A stretch of DNA of 64,000 nucleotides. Source: Candidatus Latescibacterota bacterium. GTDB taxonomy: Bacteria; Latescibacterota; UBA2968; UBA8231. The stretch is taken from assembly GCA_965203175.1 (NCBI GenBank), contig OZ241867.1, positions 5,248,001 through 5,312,000 on the forward strand, read 5' to 3'. Both the position numbers and the translations under genes were made by a program. Under the pieces are notes generated by a model. That model saw nothing but the letters and a program-made list of their open reading frames with translations. It did not search any database and was not told where the DNA came from. Position 1 is the first letter of the stretch, and every line of letters starts with the position of its first letter. This document shows, piece after piece, positions 1 through 9,852 of the stretch.

Positions 1-494
1 TCTACCACGTAAATCTTTCTGGCGGACCTAACTCGGTAGGAAATGAACGCGACAGATTGCCCATCCGGAGACCACGAAGGAGACCTGTCAGCCTGAAAGT
101 GATCGGTTAGGCGGCGCAGGTTGTCCCCATTGGCATCCATCACGTAAATCTCATAGTTGCCGGCGCGGTCGGAGAAAAAGGCGATAGAGCGACCGTCTGG
201 AGACCACGAAGGTTGCCCGTCCTGGCCGCTGTCATTGGTTAGGTTCCGCAGGTTGTCTCCATTGGCATCCATCACGTAAATCTCATGGTTGCCGGCGCGG
301 TCGGAGGTAAAAGCGATAGAGCGACCATCTGGAGACCACGAAGGGGACCTGTCAACGCCACTGGCATCGGTCAGGCGGCGTACGGCCTCCGTGACCCAAG
401 CCTCCCCATCACTGCTCGTCACCGTTTGCCCCCAGCCAGCGACGGCCAACCCCAGCGTTGCCAAGCAGACGATCAGTATCGACCGATAGTTCAC
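1..494 (-). CDS. TolB-like beta-propeller (PD40 repeat) secreted protein, 3' end runs off the window
   Basis: Not in the ORF track. Manual translation from GTG at 494 (RBS GGAGG upstream) gives MNYRSILIVCLATLGLAVAGWGQ..., then repeats of PSWSPDGRSIAF.SDRAGN.EIYVMDANGDNLR.LT. Signal peptide nearly identical to that of 540..1355. Confidence 0.85.
   Translation of the reverse strand, partial: MNYRSILIVCLATLGLAVAGWGQTVTSSDGEAWVTEAVRRLTDASGVDRSPSWSPDGRSIAFTSDRAGNHEIYVMDANGDNLRNLTNDSGQDGQPSWSPDGRSIAFFSDRAGNYEIYVMDANGDNLRRLTDHFQADRSPSWSPDGQSVAFISYRVRSARKIYVV
61..344 (-). repeat. Near-identical 132-bp (44-aa) intragenic tandem repeat encoding PD40 blades
   Basis: CATTGGCATCCATCACGTAAATCTCAT at 128 and 260; GGAGACCACGAAGG ends at 80, 212 and 344 (period 132). 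Confidence 0.85.
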
Positions 495-539
495 AACGTA
501 CCTCCTTTTAGAAGGATGAATGAGAAGGTTAGAGGTGTG

Positions 540-1355
540 TCATGGAGTTGAAAGCAGCGATTTAATCCGTGCCCACGATTGGGCTTCGACGCTTGTAGCG
601 GCAGGGGAGGCTGGCCGCCAAGCGGGCCAGCTTCCGCCCAAGCCGTTGGTCAGATTAACCAAGTTGCTCCCGTCTATATCAACTACCCAAATATCCAACG
701 GGCCGCCCATACTGGGACCAGAAGCGAAGGCTATTTTCATGCTGTCGGGTGACCAAGTGGGGTTTATATCGACGTTGGGGCTGTCGGTCAGACGAGTAGT
801 CGTGCGCTCGTCGCCACTGTTATCGACGATGTAGATGTCAGTCTGGTCTCCATCTCTCAAGACGACCATGCTTTTGGTTCCGTCTGGAGAACGAGGCCAC
901 ATTCGAGCGATGGCCCCCTCCTCGGAGTCCACGGGTAGGGAACCACTTCCGTCTTCTAACCCTATGACAAACGACTTCGTGCCATCCTTCGGATGCCCAG
1001 TGGGCAGCGCGTCGTAGTAGATTCTACTTCCATCTTCAGACCATACAAGCCCCACTTTATGGACTCCATCGTTAGTCACCTGTTGCTGATTGCCACCGCT
1101 GGCGTCCATCAACCAGATTTCACCATTGCCGATATAGGCGATCGTCATGCCATCCGGAGACCAAGCCGGATGAACGCAATCCCCCCGTCCCTTGGTTAGA
1201 TTTACAGGATCGCTCCCATCCGCACTCATAATCCAAATGTTGGGGAGCCCATCGCGGTTGGAGATAAACGCTATTTTATCCCAACCCTGTCCCCAGCCAT
1301 CAACGGCCAGTCCCAGCATTGCCAAGCAGACGATCAATATAGATCGATAGTTCAT
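540..1355 (-). CDS. TolB-like PD40-repeat secreted protein with C-terminal SWARIK tail
   Basis: Signal peptide; IAFISNRDG, PAWSPDG, PTWSPDS repeats; ends ATSVEAQSWARIKSLLSTP. Confidence 0.85.
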   Translation of the reverse strand: MNYRSILIVCLAMLGLAVDGWGQGWDKIAFISNRDGLPNIWIMSADGSDPVNLTKGRGDCVHPAWSPDGMTIAYIGNGEIWLMDASGGNQQQVTNDGVHKVGLVWSEDGSRIYYDALPTGHPKDGTKSFVIGLEDGSGSLPVDSEEGAIARMWPRSPDGTKSMVVLRDGDQTDIYIVDNSGDERTTTRLTDSPNVDINPTWSPDSMKIAFASGPSMGGPLDIWVVDIDGSNLVNLTNGLGGSWPAWRPASPAATSVEAQSWARIKSLLSTP

Positions 1356-1466
1356 AACGTGGCTCCCTACAAATTTGCAAATTGGGCAAAATGTTACTCG
1401 TCGCTAGATATTTTACCATAAACCACGATTGACTTCAACCACGGCGAACATCGGCAGCCGTCGAAT

Positions 1467-3383
1467 TCAATATGCCACACTGAGCGTCCTAGCCAACACC
1501 TCTTCCCCCGATTCAGTCTCAGCCGCAATGCGCGCGATATAAGCCCCCGGAGGCACCAGCTCACCGGTCGCATCGCGGCCATCCCAAGTGTGCTCGTAGG
1601 CTCCGGCAGACAAGGCGTCGAAAAATAGCTGACGCACCCGGCGTCCAGCCAAATCGTAGATGCCGATGGAAAAATCGACTTCCTGCACCAGACGCAGGAC
1701 TTGGAAAACAATGCGACTCTCTTCGTTGACGCCGTCCCCATTGGGCGTACATACCGCCGGTACGACCTGCATCGCGGATAAAATCCCACCCCTTGCGGCA
1801 TTGGAGAAAAAGACCCGGTTGGTGTTGGTGCCAACACCCGAACTGGCATCGCCGGCAGCGACGGGCTGGGGCAAACGGCCCCCAGAGTCGATTAAGTGGC
1901 TCACCAAATCAGTGGCATAGACCAGAATAGCCGTGCGAAAGGTAACGCGCAGCGGCTGATTGTTGCTCGGCGTGACCCGATTCGATGGGAAGTACAGCAT
2001 CAGCCCCTGTGCATCCGCGTGGACGCTGTCGGGCACTACCTCGACAAGCGGCTCTCCCATCTCGAATTTGAACAACGTCGGTTCGGTTTGGGTTGCAATG
2101 TGCAAGCCATCGAACCCAACCTGCGCGTCGCTGCCAAATTCCGCCCGGATGTCATAGGTAAAAAGGGTGTCTCGGCCGGCCGGCACCGCAACCACACCAC
2201 CAGGAGGGAACGGATCTGCGAGAACGGCCACCTCGCCTACGGCGCGGTCGGCCAGCGGCAGAGAGTAGCTGATAGCCAAGCTATCTATCTGGACGAGATC
2301 GGTAGAAGTGCCCCGAAAAAAAAGCTGGAAGTCGAAATACTGCCTTGGACCGGGCAGTTCGAGGGGATAGGTAAAAGTCCCCGTCGAATCAATGCGGATC
2401 GGATTCTTCCAAGTCCAGTTTTCAGCATCGTCGAGGATGGAACCGCGGAAATCCTCCGCCAGCTTGGCATAGGCGGCCGCGGCCGTGGGCTGCTCCGAAC
2501 CCGTTTCGCGATCGACGATTTCAAAATGGACCAGAGGAGTTTCGTCAGTGCCGTTGCGCAGGGTCAGGTCCACGGATGCGGCGGCGGCCGCTGTCGGGAG
2601 CAGGACGCCGTCCGGCTGTCGGCGCAACTTGGTGGTTTTGACAGAGAGTTCGCCGAGAATCGCTGCTGTGGGCAATTCAATGAGCTTGGAAAGATAAGTA
2701 CCCTTGGGCACGAAACCCGTGCCAAAGGCTTGGATCTCCGCTATTTCAAATGGATTGGGCGACAGGATGCGCAGCCTGATAAAGCGGATTAGCTGCACTG
2801 GAAAGTCGATTACCGTCCTCGGCTCGGTCTGCAAATCAACGCGTTTCAAAACCTGATAGCGCGGCTCGCCTTGCTGGGTATAGTCGCGGCCATCATTCAC
2901 GGAAAGTTCAAAGGCCCTGGGGAAGTCGTCGGGAAAGGACGGACTGGGGAAGTAGATCAGCCGATTGACCGGAAAAGAAGCCCCCAAATCCAAGAAAAAA
3001 ATGCGACCCGTCTGATCGGTGCCTAGCCCTTTGAAGCGGTCGCCGGAAGAAGTCTGCTCATCGCCGTCGACCAAAGTAGCGGCAGAGCCTTCGATCGCAG
3101 CATTGTCCCAGATATGGGCTCTGCCTTCGGCGACAAAGTCCAAGGTAGGCGAGTCGCTCCAGTCGAGCGAGCGGAGGATATTGTCGGTTTCTGCCAAGCC
3201 GATGGGACGGATCAGAGCTGGGTTTTGCAGATCTACTCCTCCGGCAACCGCGGCCTGAGAATCCCAAGAAAGCCCGTCCCCACCGACCCTATAGCTTTCG
3301 ACCTGTGCTTCGAGCGGCGCACTCAGCCCGCATACTCCGCACAAAACGAGGCTGCCCGCCAGCAGTCTCATTCCTGCGCCCAA
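1467..3383 (-). CDS. Secreted protein with discoidin/F5-8-like domain and C-terminal FlgD-Ig (T9SS-CTD-like) domain
   Basis: Signal peptide; LDLGASFPVNRL...RFIRLRI...EIAEIQAFG (F5/8 type C-like); C-terminal TPNGDGVNE...IYDLAGRRVRQL...WDGRDATGELVPPGAYIARI. Confidence 0.75.
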   Translation of the reverse strand: MGAGMRLLAGSLVLCGVCGLSAPLEAQVESYRVGGDGLSWDSQAAVAGGVDLQNPALIRPIGLAETDNILRSLDWSDSPTLDFVAEGRAHIWDNAAIEGSAATLVDGDEQTSSGDRFKGLGTDQTGRIFFLDLGASFPVNRLIYFPSPSFPDDFPRAFELSVNDGRDYTQQGEPRYQVLKRVDLQTEPRTVIDFPVQLIRFIRLRILSPNPFEIAEIQAFGTGFVPKGTYLSKLIELPTAAILGELSVKTTKLRRQPDGVLLPTAAAAASVDLTLRNGTDETPLVHFEIVDRETGSEQPTAAAAYAKLAEDFRGSILDDAENWTWKNPIRIDSTGTFTYPLELPGPRQYFDFQLFFRGTSTDLVQIDSLAISYSLPLADRAVGEVAVLADPFPPGGVVAVPAGRDTLFTYDIRAEFGSDAQVGFDGLHIATQTEPTLFKFEMGEPLVEVVPDSVHADAQGLMLYFPSNRVTPSNNQPLRVTFRTAILVYATDLVSHLIDSGGRLPQPVAAGDASSGVGTNTNRVFFSNAARGGILSAMQVVPAVCTPNGDGVNEESRIVFQVLRLVQEVDFSIGIYDLAGRRVRQLFFDALSAGAYEHTWDGRDATGELVPPGAYIARIAAETESGEEVLARTLSVAY

Positions 3384-4093
3384 TCTGCCGGCGGCTGATA
3401 CCCCCTGAACACCTCGCGCTGAAAGCGGTACGCCAGATCTATGGTCTCGACGGGTTGCTGCCTGAAGTCGAAGCGAATCGCCACGTCGCTGAGGTGAATG
3501 GTAAACTCATTGATATCGTGGGGTAACGCGGGAAACACCACATATCCCTCGACTTCCTGGCCGCTGAAAACGTCTTCGTCTGGATACATGGTGCGAGTCA
3601 GAATCTCCCTGCGCTCCTGGAAGACACTGTAGGCATTACCCGCATAACCAGGAATCATAGAAGCATAGAATTCGAGGATATCTCTTCTATTGAGCGGATC
3701 GTACTCGCGGCCAGCCTGCTGGGAGATGAGAGTTATGCGGGTGGGGTCTAGGTGCACCTTGGGATACTCATAGTTTTTCACCTGGACTGAAAAGACAGTG
3801 TACTTTGGCGGCGTATAGGTATCGCCCAGCGGCTTCCAGTTGCCAAAGGTATATGGATTCTTGGAATTGGCACCCGCCGCAGAGTAGTCGGCGAATTGCC
3901 GGTTCAACTCTTCGTCCGTCATGGGACGCAGGGAAACTTCGAGGCGGTTGAAAACGGCGATAATGGTTCCGTCGTCCTCGACCGAAGCATAGACTTCCTG
4001 GCGATTTTCAGGCGCGGGTTCGATCGGCCCTGGGAAATAGCGACCACAACCGACCAACACCAGCAGCACTAAGGCACCCAAGCATGGACTCAT
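3368..4093 (-). CDS. Hypothetical lipoprotein
   Basis: Lipobox-like LVLVGC; 241-aa ORF overlapping the start of the downstream gene. Confidence 0.7.
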   Translation of the reverse strand: MSPCLGALVLLVLVGCGRYFPGPIEPAPENRQEVYASVEDDGTIIAVFNRLEVSLRPMTDEELNRQFADYSAAGANSKNPYTFGNWKPLGDTYTPPKYTVFSVQVKNYEYPKVHLDPTRITLISQQAGREYDPLNRRDILEFYASMIPGYAGNAYSVFQERREILTRTMYPDEDVFSGQEVEGYVVFPALPHDINEFTIHLSDVAIRFDFRQQPVETIDLAYRFQREVFRGYQPPADWAQE

Positions 4094-4129
4094 GGCAAAG
4101 CGCTTCCCAAACGTCCTACAAAACGCGAA

Positions 4130-4169
4130 AGCGGGGGAGTAGAGATAGTCACACCTCTCCTCCCCCGCT
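4130..4169 (-). terminator. Strong hairpin (terminator or mRNA-stabilising stem) downstream of 4190..5098
   Basis: AGCGGGGGAG(4130-4139)...CTCCCCCGCT(4160-4169) inverted repeat, followed on the minus strand by TTCGCGTTTT (imperfect U-tract). Confidence 0.55.
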
Positions 4170-4189
4170 GTACATAGAATGAAGAAGTT

Positions 4190-5098
4190 TTACTCGTCGA
4201 AAGTCGCCTTAATTTTTCCCCAGGCGCTGCCTTCGACCGCAGTGCCAGTATCGCTGCCCCGGGTGTACTCACCTACGGTCAATAGGGTAAAATCAGAAGC
4301 GAAATCCTGATCTCTATGCGCCCCGTTGACGTCCCCAGTGACTAGCTGATGCGTCCGGGCGGCACCCTCAGAAGGCGTCGTATCGGCCTCGTTGAGTTGA
4401 TAGGTGAGACCAACCGTCATTCCCGGCTGCAGGACCACGCGTTCTGTAGAGGCCTCGTCGTTTTCCAAGTTGACCCACAGCGGCATGGCGTACTCATAGC
4501 CGAGGGTGACATTCGTCGATCCGTGCGTAGCGCCAGGAGGGCTGAGACTGACATCGGCCTCAATATAGGCCGTGGCCCACTGCTTGGCCGGATCGGCGTC
4601 TTTGCGCAGCCAGGTCGTGCCGTTGCCATAGGGAGTCGAATATCCGCCGGGCACCTGCACGTGCATGGTCCACTGCTGCGCGTTCACTTGGTTCGGATCG
4701 CGGTACGGGCCACCGCTGTGGTCGCCGTCGGTAATAATTTCGAGATCGTCCTCAAACCACCCGTTCTCAGGATCCGTTTCGGCCGCGTGCAGCGAATCGT
4801 CCGTCACCCGCACAAAGCCATAGATGCGGTTGTCGGGGGCCTGCGTCCAAGCGGTCCTGATGGAAACATCGATATCGCTCTTATCTGGAATTACCTGCTG
4901 TACGACCTCGCCCATTTCGTCGGGCGTGATGATGAAATTGGGATCGTACCACGCCCAATCCCCGTCATCGCCATCGGCGACGTACGTCACATCCGCGGGC
5001 CATTCCAAAGCAAAATACCCAAAACCATTGGCGTTGCTGTGCGCAAAGCACGTGCTCGCAGCCAATAGCAGAACGCCAAAAACAGCACAGACTCTCAT
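4190..5098 (-). CDS. Secreted DOMON/CBM9-like domain protein with C-terminal SAWGKIK tail
   Basis: Start moved to ATG 5098 (RBS AGGAGG); signal peptide; ADGDDGDW...RIYGFVRVTDD...DDLEIITDGDHSGG resembles the CBM9/DOMON-like fold; ends TAVEGSAWGKIKATFDE. Confidence 0.65.
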   Translation of the reverse strand: MRVCAVFGVLLLAASTCFAHSNANGFGYFALEWPADVTYVADGDDGDWAWYDPNFIITPDEMGEVVQQVIPDKSDIDVSIRTAWTQAPDNRIYGFVRVTDDSLHAAETDPENGWFEDDLEIITDGDHSGGPYRDPNQVNAQQWTMHVQVPGGYSTPYGNGTTWLRKDADPAKQWATAYIEADVSLSPPGATHGSTNVTLGYEYAMPLWVNLENDEASTERVVLQPGMTVGLTYQLNEADTTPSEGAARTHQLVTGDVNGAHRDQDFASDFTLLTVGEYTRGSDTGTAVEGSAWGKIKATFDE

Positions 5099-5277
5099 GG
5101 TTAGCCTCCTTTTAGAGATTAAATTGGCTGTTTTGTTTGTCAGATATGCTCTTTCTGCTAACAACTAAAACCTCCTTTTTGAATGGTTAGAACATACACC
5201 CTTTTGCCCGTTCAAGCTATTTAATAGCATAGTGGAAGTCAACTTTTACGACGATTAGTGTATGGAGGCTGTACCCC

Positions 5278-7011
5278 ATGTTTAACTGCGTGCTGAGCGG
5301 CTTGCTCGCCTGCTGTCTGCTCTTTGCCTGTGGCGACGATGTCAACGACGAAACGGACGTCCCCCGCAACCGCTCGCTCATAATGAACTGCACGCCGCCC
5401 AACACCTGCGCCGGCCAGATCCAGGACTACGATTCCTTCAACCCTTTTCTCCCCGGCAGCATCTCCAGCACCGGCCACAACTTCCTCTACGAACCGCTCT
5501 ATTTCTACAACCCCTATGGCAAAGAACAAAACCTCATACCTTGGATCGCCACCGGACACGAGTACAACGACGACTTCACTGAAGTGACCATATACCTCAG
5601 AGAGGGAGTAACGTGGAGTGACGGCACACCTTGGACTGCGGCGGATCTGGTATTCACAATCGACATGCTCAAAAAGAACGCTCCCGTCCTCAACGCCTCG
5701 GTCGATATGGAACTATGGGTTGCAGAGGCCAGCGCCGTGGACGACCTACAGGCGAAAATCGCGCTAAAATCGCCGAATCCGCGCTTCGTATTCGAGTATT
5801 TAACTAACAATTTCGGCAACGGCATCCCCATTGTCCCCAAGCATATCTGGGAGGGGAAAGACGCGAAAACCTTTGCCAACCTAGATCTCCAACGCGGCTG
5901 GCCCGTAGTCAGCGGCCCCTACCAGCTCGTCCGTTCCGAGCCTCAGCAGCGAATCTGGGATTTGCGGCAAGACTGGTGGGCAGCCGAGACGGGCTTTCGT
6001 CGGCTCCCCCGCGTAGAACGCCTGATCTATCTGCCCTATATGGACGAAGACAAAAGAGTGCAACTGCTGATCAGCAACCAAATGGACACCTGTCTGGATC
6101 TGCGCCCGTCCAATATCAAGACCATTCTCGACCAGAATCCCGATGTATCTACTTGGACCGGCCGCGAACCACCCTACGGCTACCTCGATTGGTGGCCCAT
6201 CGCCTTGGGCTTTAACAATCTCGAAGCGCCATTTGCAGATGCGGAAATCCGCTGGGCCATCAACTACGCCATTGACCGGCAGCAACTCGTCGAGGTCGGT
6301 TGGCAGGGTGCGGGCACCTATTCCCTGCTGCCCTTTCCAGACTTCCCACCCCTGCGCCGTTTCATGGACCAGATCGAAGATTTGCTCGCCCGCTATCCAG
6401 TCGGCACGCACGACCCAGCCAAGACCGCAGAGATCATGCAACGTCGGGGTTGGTCCCTAGAAAAAGGCATCTGGACCAAGGAAGGCACGCCGTGCAAAAT
6501 CACCATCGACCTGCATCCGAATCTCCACGACATCGTCCCCGTGTTGGTCGAACAGCTGCGCCGCGCCGGCTTTGATGCCGGTTTCAGAATGACTTCCGAT
6601 TATTACACCCGCATGACCGTGGGCGACGCCCGGGCCTTTCTGATCGGCAATGCCGGCAGCGTGCGCGACCCGTACTTCACCCTCAGACTCTATCACAGCC
6701 GCTACGTGCAACCTACCGGCACGGCCGCCATCTACTTCTGGCGCTGGCAAAACGACCACTTCGACCAAATCATCGATCGCATGGCCGGCACGGCCCCCGA
6801 CGATCCGCAACTGCTCAAACACTTTCGCCAAGCCATGGAAATCTGGCTGCGCGAGCTGCCCTCCATCCCGCTACTCCAGTGGTACCACAGAATCCCCCAC
6901 AACGAAACCTACTGGCAGAACTGGCCCACCGCGGAGACTCCTTATATCAACAGCGCCTATTGGGCGCGCACTTGGCTGCTGGTTCTCCTCGAACTCGAAC
7001 CTACACAGTAG
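5278..7011 (+). CDS. ABC transporter substrate-binding lipoprotein, family 5 (OppA/DppA-like)
   Basis: Lipobox LFAC; LYEPL, LREGVTWSDGTPWTAADLVFT, IRWAINYAIDRQ motifs. Confidence 0.9.
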   Translation: MFNCVLSGLLACCLLFACGDDVNDETDVPRNRSLIMNCTPPNTCAGQIQDYDSFNPFLPGSISSTGHNFLYEPLYFYNPYGKEQNLIPWIATGHEYNDDFTEVTIYLREGVTWSDGTPWTAADLVFTIDMLKKNAPVLNASVDMELWVAEASAVDDLQAKIALKSPNPRFVFEYLTNNFGNGIPIVPKHIWEGKDAKTFANLDLQRGWPVVSGPYQLVRSEPQQRIWDLRQDWWAAETGFRRLPRVERLIYLPYMDEDKRVQLLISNQMDTCLDLRPSNIKTILDQNPDVSTWTGREPPYGYLDWWPIALGFNNLEAPFADAEIRWAINYAIDRQQLVEVGWQGAGTYSLLPFPDFPPLRRFMDQIEDLLARYPVGTHDPAKTAEIMQRRGWSLEKGIWTKEGTPCKITIDLHPNLHDIVPVLVEQLRRAGFDAGFRMTSDYYTRMTVGDARAFLIGNAGSVRDPYFTLRLYHSRYVQPTGTAAIYFWRWQNDHFDQIIDRMAGTAPDDPQLLKHFRQAMEIWLRELPSIPLLQWYHRIPHNETYWQNWPTAETPYINSAYWARTWLLVLLELEPTQ

Positions 7012-7017
7012 CGACCC

Positions 7018-8700
7018 ATGGCAATAGCAGCGATAGTCCTTTTCCTCTTGGGATGCGCGGAAAACCATTCTGTAGCAGCGCGGATCGCCGATCGCACCAT
7101 CGCGATCGATCAGGTGGAACGGGTCTGGGACAAGCTGCCGCAAGAGCAAAAAAAATCAAAGCAAGATGTCCTAGAGACACTTATCAATCGCGAGTTGCTG
7201 TTCATAGAAGCCGAGAATAGGGAACTAGATAAGAGCGCACGGGTCCTATCCGACTTAGAACGCGTGCGCCGACAACGAGCCGTAGAACGCCTCATCGAAA
7301 GAGAGGTTAAAAGCCACATAACAGTCTCCGACACAGAGATCAGAACCTATTACGAAAACAGCGACCTGCGCACCAAGCGCGAGGTGCGGGGACGGCATCT
7401 CATGGTGAAAACAGCGGCAGAAGCGCAAACGCTCTACCAAGCGCTTCTAGACGGCGAAGATTTCGCCGAGCTAGCCCGTCGCTTTTCCCTAGACCAACAG
7501 ACCGCTGATAAAGGAGGAGACCTAGGCTACTGGGACGAGTCCTTGATGATCGGCCCCGTCAGCAAGGTGCTCTTTTCCATGCAACTCGGCGAGCTGTCTG
7601 AGCCTTTCCAAGGCAGAGAGGGCTACTTCCACATCGTGCGCGTGGAGGACGAGCGCCCACTGCCCTATGAGTCCTTAAGAAAGAGGATCAAAGACCGGCT
7701 CTACGCAGACCGCCTTGCCGTGCGCACAGCGGAGTTTCGCACGAACATCAGAAAGCAGTTCAATCTACAGCTAGTCGAAGAAACCTGGTTGCAGCTAGTC
7801 AAGCTGGGCAAAACCGCCTCTCATGGCATCCCCGAGTTCGACGAGGACGAGCAGTCAGCAAAACAGCTAATACTCTATGAAGGAGGACAGGTCGCGCTTG
7901 GGCAGTACCTGCAATGGCTCCTAGCAACCCCATCCCAACGGCGTCCCGTAACCGTAGATACCGCGAGCATCGCTCGGTACGCCAGACGCACGGCAGTAGA
8001 TTCCGTGCTGCTGCCGCTAGCTGCCCAACAGGCCGGGCTAGCCGACGACGACGCGATGAAGCGCTATGTAGAAAAGCGCCGAACGGTGCTAATGATCGAA
8101 GAACTACGCCGCCTAGAAGCAGAAGCGCCGATTGTCAATGAAGCTACTATGCGGACCTATTACGAGGAGCATCTATCCTGGTTTACCGATCCCGATCTAC
8201 TCATCTACGAAGCCATCCTGCTCCACCACGAATCAGATGCACTCGATGTCGCCGAAAAAGTGCGCCAAGGAGCCGACATGTGGACTTTGGCCCAAGCTTA
8301 TCCGCGCTTTCACGACGCTTGGTTCCACTACAACATTTACCACATCCACCGCGAGGAAGACGAACAACACGCCCACTCCCCGCACACCATGTCGGCAGTG
8401 TTAGCAGCCGTCCGCAAAACTCCGGTGGGAAAAGTCGGCGGGCCTTTCTTGGTGCACTTCCAGCCACGCGAAAAAATCTGGCCGGGATACATCGTGTTTC
8501 GCACGCTGGAGCAACGCCCTGCCCGATTGCTACCTTTTGCCCATCCCGAGGTTCAGCAAACCGTAAAAAAGATGGTGCGCTCGGCAAATGGCCAGCGCAT
8601 TGAGGAGCGCTTTGAAGCTTTTCTAAGCCAACTGCGGGAGCAGTACGCAGAGCAAATTGAAATATACCCCGAAAATCTCGCATCCGAACCGGCCTTATAA
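7018..8700 (+). CDS. PpiC-type peptidyl-prolyl isomerase lipoprotein (SurA/PrsA-like, two parvulin-like domains)
   Basis: RGRHLMVKT...GEDFAELARRFSLDQQTADKGGDLG...GELSEPF...FHIVRV rotamase motif; second copy degenerate. Confidence 0.85.
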   Translation: MAIAAIVLFLLGCAENHSVAARIADRTIAIDQVERVWDKLPQEQKKSKQDVLETLINRELLFIEAENRELDKSARVLSDLERVRRQRAVERLIEREVKSHITVSDTEIRTYYENSDLRTKREVRGRHLMVKTAAEAQTLYQALLDGEDFAELARRFSLDQQTADKGGDLGYWDESLMIGPVSKVLFSMQLGELSEPFQGREGYFHIVRVEDERPLPYESLRKRIKDRLYADRLAVRTAEFRTNIRKQFNLQLVEETWLQLVKLGKTASHGIPEFDEDEQSAKQLILYEGGQVALGQYLQWLLATPSQRRPVTVDTASIARYARRTAVDSVLLPLAAQQAGLADDDAMKRYVEKRRTVLMIEELRRLEAEAPIVNEATMRTYYEEHLSWFTDPDLLIYEAILLHHESDALDVAEKVRQGADMWTLAQAYPRFHDAWFHYNIYHIHREEDEQHAHSPHTMSAVLAAVRKTPVGKVGGPFLVHFQPREKIWPGYIVFRTLEQRPARLLPFAHPEVQQTVKKMVRSANGQRIEERFEAFLSQLREQYAEQIEIYPENLASEPAL

Positions 8701-8724
8701 ATTCATTCCTACGAAAGGCATTCC

Positions 8725-9837
8725 ATGCACATCACCAAAGTCGAAATACGCACCGTAGCTCCACCAGTTGACCGCTTCACTTGGTCGGACGATCTACCGG
8801 ACCAGTACTCGACCAACACAGTCGTCCGCATCTATACAGACGAGGGCGTCGAGGGCGTAGCCGGCGTCTGGAACGCGACCTCCTTTGACTTCGAACGCTA
8901 TACTGCCGAATCCATACGCCACCTAGCCCCCATCCTGCTGGGCCAGGACCCGCTCTTGCGGGAGCATATATGGCACGAGATCAGGCCGCGCGTCTTTCCG
9001 CTGCCACCCCAGTCGCTGGCCGCCATCGACATCGCCCTGTGGGACCTAGCGGGCAAGGTGGCGGGCCTGCCGCTCTACCGCCTTTTGGGCGGAGCGCGCG
9101 ACAAAATCCCCGCCTACGCCAGCACCCCGCTCTTTGAAGATGTCGAATCCTATCTGAAGAACGCCGAGGAGTTCATCGTCCAAGGCTTCAAGGCCATCAA
9201 GTTCCACACTTGGTGCATTCCCGAACTGGACCTCGAACTCGCCCGCGCCGTCCGGAAGCAGTACCCCGGCAACGACGTCGCCTTCATGCTCGACGCCGAG
9301 AATAACTACGACCGCGACGGCGCTCTGCGCGTCGCCCAAGAACTCGAAGCAATGGGTTTCACGTGGTTTGAAGCCCCATTGCACGACTCAGACCTCGACG
9401 GCTACCGGGAGCTGACGAGCCGGGTAACCATTCCCATCCTTCCATCCGGCAACTGGTTCCAGGACCTCCACACCTTTGCCGAAGCCCTTCATTCAAAGGC
9501 GTGGGGCCGCGCCCGCACCGACGCGGCCATGATGGGCGGAATCACACAGACCAACAAAGCAATCGCCCTCACCGAAGCGGCTGGCATGAAATGCGAGATC
9601 ATGTCGTGGGGATACAGCTTAGTGTCGGCCGCTAACCTGCACCTGATGCTGGCTCACGACAACTGCTCCTATTTCGAGCAATCGGTCCCCTGCGAACCCT
9701 ACGAATACGGAATGCAAGACGTCATCCGCGCCCAACCCGACGGCTATGCTTATGCGCCCGCTGGGCCGGGCCTCGGCCTCACCGTGGACTGGGAAGCCAT
9801 GGCGGCGGCCACGATCCATTCGATTGTCGTCGAGTAG
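8725..9837 (+). CDS. Mandelate racemase/muconate lactonizing enzyme family (enolase superfamily)
   Basis: AAIDIALWDLAGKVAGLPLYRLLGG, GFKAIK, MLDAE, WFEAP, PGLGL motifs. Confidence 0.9.
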   Translation: MHITKVEIRTVAPPVDRFTWSDDLPDQYSTNTVVRIYTDEGVEGVAGVWNATSFDFERYTAESIRHLAPILLGQDPLLREHIWHEIRPRVFPLPPQSLAAIDIALWDLAGKVAGLPLYRLLGGARDKIPAYASTPLFEDVESYLKNAEEFIVQGFKAIKFHTWCIPELDLELARAVRKQYPGNDVAFMLDAENNYDRDGALRVAQELEAMGFTWFEAPLHDSDLDGYRELTSRVTIPILPSGNWFQDLHTFAEALHSKAWGRARTDAAMMGGITQTNKAIALTEAAGMKCEIMSWGYSLVSAANLHLMLAHDNCSYFEQSVPCEPYEYGMQDVIRAQPDGYAYAPAGPGLGLTVDWEAMAAATIHSIVVE

Positions 9838-9852
9838 GACATCCCCACCCAT

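Noticed and set aside
61-344. Regularly spaced repeats as a CRISPR array
   Set aside because: The period is 132 bp, in frame, and encodes PD40 blades; there are no unique spacers and no cas genes.
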